Shown here: one piece after another, positions 25,531 to 29,569 of the stretch
How positions within the stretch are numbered: the stretch's first letter is position 1
Layout: every line of letters starts with the position of its first letter
DNA from: Acidimicrobiia bacterium
Lineage (GTDB): Bacteria > Actinomycetota > Acidimicrobiia > Spongiisociales > UBA5794
Length of the DNA stretch: 29,569 bases
Direction of reading: 5' to 3'
Assembly: GCA_046756805.1 (NCBI GenBank)
Contig: JBHHXA010000001.1
Coordinates: forward strand, 1-29,569
Made by a program: the position numbers and the translations under genes
Notes under the pieces: model-generated
Told to the model about the DNA's origin: nothing
What the model saw: only the letters and a program-made list of their open reading frames with translations
Database searches by the model: none

Positions 25531-26274
25531 ATGCGCCACACCAGACTGAGATTCGTCGCAGCAGCCTGTGTCCTCGCGCTCGCGGCCGCGTCCTGCTCAG
25601 GAAGCGATGACGAGACGACGTCGTCCACGATCGCTGCCGATCCTGACTCCATCCTCCTCGCCGCGGCAACGGCGATGGGCGAAGTCGACACCGTCCGTTT
25701 CACCATCGAGCGCTCGGGTGAGCCGGTGTTCATCGACCTCGGCGACGAGCTCGGAGATCTCATCGAGTTCCGGGACGCGGAGGGCCGGTTCTCGGGTCCG
25801 AGCTCCGCGGACGCTCTCGTAACCGTCACCGTGACCGACTTCAACACGCAGGTCGGGGCCGTCGCCATCGATGGTGATATCTGGCTGTCGTTCGTCACCG
25901 GCACGTGGCAACGCGCTCCGGAGTCGTTCACCTTCGACCCCGCCACGCTGTTCGACCCGAGCCAGGGATTCCGACAGCTGTTCACGGACGGTCTGACGGA
26001 TGTCACCACGATAGGCCTCGAGGATCGCGACGGCATCGCGACCTACCACATCCGCGGCAACGCAGACGAGGAACGGGTCGAGGTGATCACTGCCCGGCTG
26101 GTTCGCGGCCAGTCGGTGACACTCGACGCCTGGATGGACCGATCCACAGGGCAGCTCGTCGATGCCGCGTTCGATACGCAGGTGACCGGCGGAACCGCTC
26201 ACTGGGAGATGACCTTCCGCGAGTACGGCGAGCCCGTGACGATCGACCCGCCGGATCTCGGAGCCGGTGGCTGA
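25531..26274 (+). CDS. LppX/LprAFG-family lipoprotein
   Basis: Lipobox 'LAAASC', 'AATAM..V.TVRFTI', 'FDPATLFDPSQG', 'EDRDG.ATYHIRG', 'WMDRSTGQL', 'MTFREYGEPVTI.PP'; typical of this LolA-like lipid-carrier family. Confidence 0.85.
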   Translation: MRHTRLRFVAAACVLALAAASCSGSDDETTSSTIAADPDSILLAAATAMGEVDTVRFTIERSGEPVFIDLGDELGDLIEFRDAEGRFSGPSSADALVTVTVTDFNTQVGAVAIDGDIWLSFVTGTWQRAPESFTFDPATLFDPSQGFRQLFTDGLTDVTTIGLEDRDGIATYHIRGNADEERVEVITARLVRGQSVTLDAWMDRSTGQLVDAAFDTQVTGGTAHWEMTFREYGEPVTIDPPDLGAGG

Positions 26275-27808
26275 CACCCGGCGCGAGCCGACACCCAGGG
26301 CCATCCTCGCGGTCGTTGCCTTCGGCGTCTTCGTCGCCGCAGACGACCTCACCGTCGTCACCACGATGCTCCGGCCGATCATCGGTGACCTCGGCATCGT
26401 TCTGCCAGACGGCCTCGACGACGCCGCCTGGATCGTCAACGCCTACCTCATCGCATTCGTCGCCGTCATGCCGTTCATGGGCAGGCTCAGCGACGTCATC
26501 GGGCGGAGACGGGTCTACATCGCAGCGATGGGGCTCTTCCTCGTCGGATCGCTCATCATCCCCATGTCGAATTCGTTGGGACCGTTCCTCGTCGGCCGGG
26601 TGCTGACCGCGCTCGGCGGCGGTGCGATGGTGCCGATCGGCATGGCCGTCGTCGCGGACGTCTACGAGGAACGCAAGCGGGCCAGGGCCCTGGGGATCCT
26701 CGGCGCGGTGGAGACGCTGGGCTGGGTATGGGGACCCCTCTACGGCGCCGTGCTCGTCCGGTTCCTCACCTGGAGGTGGCAGTTCTACCTGAACATCCCG
26801 CTTGCGGTGATCGGCATCGCCCTTGCGTGGTGGGGGCTCGCTGCGTTCGACAAGCGGAATCGACAGACCCGCGTCGACTGGGCGGGCGCCGTCACGCTCA
26901 CGGCCGCGCTCGTGGCGCTCAACCTCGCCCTGCTGGGCAGCGCCGAGATCCAGAGTGTCTCGGGGCTCGAGGAGCTGACGGGATCGGGTGGCGCCGGTCT
27001 GCGATGGTTCTTCCCGGTCGCCGCGATCGCCGCCGTTGCCTTCGCGGTCATCCAGGTACGAAGTGACGACCCCCTCATCGACTTCGGCCTATTCCACGGG
27101 CGAAACCTGACGGTGGCCGTTGCCGTGAACTTCCTCGTCGGTGCAACGCTCGTCATCGCGATGGTCGACGTTCCGCTCTTCGTAAATGTCGTCGAGATAG
27201 ACCTCGAACGCTCCGCTCTCATCTCAGGGGCGGTGCTCAGCGCCCTCACGGCCACGATGGCCGTCACGTCGTACCTGGGCGGCCCGCTCACGGAACGCAC
27301 CTGGTACCGGCCACCCGTCCTTGCCGGGCTCGTCGGCGCAACCGCCGCGTTCCTCCTCATGGGCCTCGGGTGGACCGTGGACACTCCGTACGGCCTGATG
27401 GCGGTGGAGCTCGCTCTCCTCGGAGCTGGTTTCGGTCTGGTCGTCGCTCCCACCGCGGCCGCCGTGGTCGATGCAGCCCCTCCCGACCGTAGGGGCACCG
27501 CGGCGAGCCTGGTCATCGTGCTCCGCCTCATCGGTCTCAGCGTCGGGCTCTCAGGGCTCACGGCCTACGGGCTGGCCCGGTTCAACCAGCTCCGGACCAC
27601 ACTCGAGCTGCCACCCATCACCTCGCCCGATTACGTCGACGCCGTCACCAGGGGACAGGCGGAGTTGACGACCCAAGCCATCGCCGAGACGTTCGTCGCC
27701 GCAGCGGTGGTGGCGGCCCTGGCGCTGCTCGTCGCGTTCTCGATGCGGAGGGTGACGGCAGGTCGGAGCCAGGACGCACGCGACCTCGACTCGCCGCCCA
27801 GGCCCTGA
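26267..27808 (+). CDS. 14-TM DHA2 MFS transporter, P55/Rv1410c-like
   Basis: Motif A 'GRLSDVIGRRRV', 'WIVNAYLIAF..VMP', 'GPLYG', 'MVDVPLF', 'LRLIGLSVG.SGLTAYGLARFNQ'. Overlaps the lipoprotein stop by 8 bp. Confidence 0.9.
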   Translation: MADTRREPTPRAILAVVAFGVFVAADDLTVVTTMLRPIIGDLGIVLPDGLDDAAWIVNAYLIAFVAVMPFMGRLSDVIGRRRVYIAAMGLFLVGSLIIPMSNSLGPFLVGRVLTALGGGAMVPIGMAVVADVYEERKRARALGILGAVETLGWVWGPLYGAVLVRFLTWRWQFYLNIPLAVIGIALAWWGLAAFDKRNRQTRVDWAGAVTLTAALVALNLALLGSAEIQSVSGLEELTGSGGAGLRWFFPVAAIAAVAFAVIQVRSDDPLIDFGLFHGRNLTVAVAVNFLVGATLVIAMVDVPLFVNVVEIDLERSALISGAVLSALTATMAVTSYLGGPLTERTWYRPPVLAGLVGATAAFLLMGLGWTVDTPYGLMAVELALLGAGFGLVVAPTAAAVVDAAPPDRRGTAASLVIVLRLIGLSVGLSGLTAYGLARFNQLRTTLELPPITSPDYVDAVTRGQAELTTQAIAETFVAAAVVAALALLVAFSMRRVTAGRSQDARDLDSPPRP

Positions 27809-27887
27809 TCGGTCTGCGCCGCAGTGCGCACGGCGCAGGTGTCGCTACCTTCTCCTCGTTGCACGCACACACCCCGGGGGTACGGTC

Positions 27888-28559
27888 ATGAAGGATTTCC
27901 TCGAGCGAAACATTCTCGCGGTGCTCGCGGTCCTCGGAGCATTGACGCTGGCGGCGCTGGCACTGTCGATCTTCCTGCTCACCCGGCTCGGGTCCTCGGA
28001 ATCGGACATCGACGCCCTGGAAGCGGAGCTGACCGAGGCGAGAACGGAGGTCGAACAGCTACGCGGGACGCTCGCCCTGTTCTCGACCCAGGCCGCGACC
28101 CTTCAGGGTGCGCTGGGTGATCTGGCTCCCACGGTGGGCGCCGCGCTCGACGAGGCGGTGGCAGGGTTGGAGTCGTTCCGTTCGTCCACGATTGCTTTCG
28201 ACGTCCCGATCGACCAGACGATCCCGATCTCGACGTCGCTCGACCTGAATCGGACCCTCGAGGTCCCGATCAGCACCACGCTGCCGGTCGACGAAGTCAT
28301 CGAGACCACCATCAGGATCAACGGGCCGTTCGGCGTCGACATCCCCCTCGACGTCACTGTGCCGATCCAGCTCGAGTTCCCCATCGACCTCACCGTGCCC
28401 ATCCCGGTGAACGAGCGAGTCCCGATCGAAACCTCCATTCCGGTCAACCTCACTGTGCCGATCTCGATCCCCGTCGCAGGAACGGAGCTGGCCACGCTCG
28501 CCGAGAGCCTCCAGCAAGGGCTCGAATCCCTCGGCGAGGTGCTCACCGGTCTCGGGTGA
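27888..28559 (+). CDS. Hypothetical membrane-anchored protein with coiled coil and Ile/Val/Pro/Thr beta-repeat region
   Basis: N-terminal TM (about aa 8-33), heptad-like helix, about 100 aa of alternating [IV]P[IV]xx[TS]-type repeats, C-terminal amphipathic helix. Confidence 0.75.
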   Translation: MKDFLERNILAVLAVLGALTLAALALSIFLLTRLGSSESDIDALEAELTEARTEVEQLRGTLALFSTQAATLQGALGDLAPTVGAALDEAVAGLESFRSSTIAFDVPIDQTIPISTSLDLNRTLEVPISTTLPVDEVIETTIRINGPFGVDIPLDVTVPIQLEFPIDLTVPIPVNERVPIETSIPVNLTVPISIPVAGTELATLAESLQQGLESLGEVLTGLG

Positions 28560-29562
28560 GCGATCCTTCACGCGGTGCGTCGGCGACCGACTGCGGTGTG
28601 CCCACGTCGAGCGGCCGCTCCGTGCGAAGAAACACGAAGAAGCTCCACGTGGCGAGCGCCGACAGCAGATGCCAGATCGCATGAGCCTGGATGAGCGAAT
28701 CGGGGCGACACCAGGCATGGTCGGCGGTGCCCGTGAGCCAAATCGCATAGGCGACCACGAACGAACCGATCCCGATCCAGAACCAGGGGGCGTAGCTACG
28801 GCGCCCATCGGGAGCGTGACGGGCGAGGATCGCGGGGAGCCAGAAGAACACGACCCACCAGTAGTCGCCCGGGTGAGCCAGCATCTCTGCGGGGGTGATG
28901 CCGAATGCCGCGGCGACCGGGAATCCAACGAGTCCCGAAAGAGGGCGCATCAACGGTGACCACCATCGGTAAAGCACCTCGGAGATGACCCAGATACCTA
29001 TCGACACTCCGAACAGATCGAGCCCGATGCCCAGGTCGGAGCCGAAGACCCAGAAGGCGATTGCATACCCCACCACCACGCCCGCGTAGACGCGGAACAT
29101 CAGGCCCTCTCGCCATCGGCCCAGCGCCGAGAGGTTCACGAGCCACGGGATGAGAATGAAGGTCACCATCGAGACGTTGTCGATCCACGCCCCGAAGAAC
29201 GTGTGGCTGCCGTGCATCACCATCGATCCCGGTCCCAGGAACACCGCCGCCGAGGCGTACAGCAGGGCCGTCGGGGCGTTACCGATGAAGCGGTTCAGAC
29301 GGGGTCGCTCGTTCGCGACGTCGCGCGCCAACGTCGCGAACATGGCCGTGCCTGCAAAGACGAAGCCCAGATTGCCGAGGGTGTTGACCGGCTCCCGCAG
29401 CAGGCCGGATGCAACGCGTTCACACCATCGCGAGATCTCGCCGATCGCCTGCTCGTTGTCCGCAGCAGCCCACCACCCTGCGGCTCCCGCCGCCACGAAC
29501 AGCGCCGCAAACGCCACGAGGCCGCCTGCGACGACACGAAGGGGCGTGTACCTCGAGCGCAT
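28543..29562 (-). CDS. Ceramidase-like (CREST superfamily) membrane hydrolase
   Basis: 'WCER', 'REPVNTLGN', 'GSMVMH' (SxxxH), 'ID', 'HAIWH' (HxxxH), multiple TM segments. Confidence 0.82.
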   Translation of the reverse strand: MRSRYTPLRVVAGGLVAFAALFVAAGAAGWWAAADNEQAIGEISRWCERVASGLLREPVNTLGNLGFVFAGTAMFATLARDVANERPRLNRFIGNAPTALLYASAAVFLGPGSMVMHGSHTFFGAWIDNVSMVTFILIPWLVNLSALGRWREGLMFRVYAGVVVGYAIAFWVFGSDLGIGLDLFGVSIGIWVISEVLYRWWSPLMRPLSGLVGFPVAAAFGITPAEMLAHPGDYWWVVFFWLPAILARHAPDGRRSYAPWFWIGIGSFVVAYAIWLTGTADHAWCRPDSLIQAHAIWHLLSALATWSFFVFLRTERPLDVGTPQSVADAPREGSLTRDR

Positions 29563-29569
29563 AGCGGGA

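Overview
High-GC, densely coding chromosomal segment from an Actinomycetota-like bacterium. Gene style (Thr-rich lipoprotein linkers, ask-asd, mce/thiolase, glpX, dnaX-ybaB-recR) suggests an Acidimicrobiia-type organism; this taxonomy is inference only. The window holds the 3' part of tRNA-Pro(CGG) and about 33 CDS, mostly housekeeping or metabolic: ask/asd, a MenB-like crotonase, a cyclophilin, a PHP phosphoesterase, an orphan histidine kinase, mce plus an ACC epsilon subunit, thiolase, glpX, a DUF3524 glycosyltransferase, recR-ybaB-dnaX, a HAD nucleotidase, a phnDCE-type ABC transporter, dgt, a nitroreductase and several small cofactor-binding proteins. I see no integrase, transposase, CRISPR array or rRNA. 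The most interesting items are: (1) a right-end lipid-handling module made of an LprG/LppX-family lipoprotein, a P55(Rv1410c)-like MFS, an uncharacterised membrane-anchored coiled-coil/long beta-hairpin protein and a convergent ceramidase-like hydrolase; (2) a structured intergenic region upstream of dnaX with an SRP-RNA-like rod lacking the canonical domain IV, overlapped by a 169-nt inverted repeat; (3) a greatly expanded PhnE; (4) a 947-aa multi-module lipoprotein; and (5) an apparently detached PpiB membrane anchor. All family calls come from motif recognition by eye and from memory; no searches were run.
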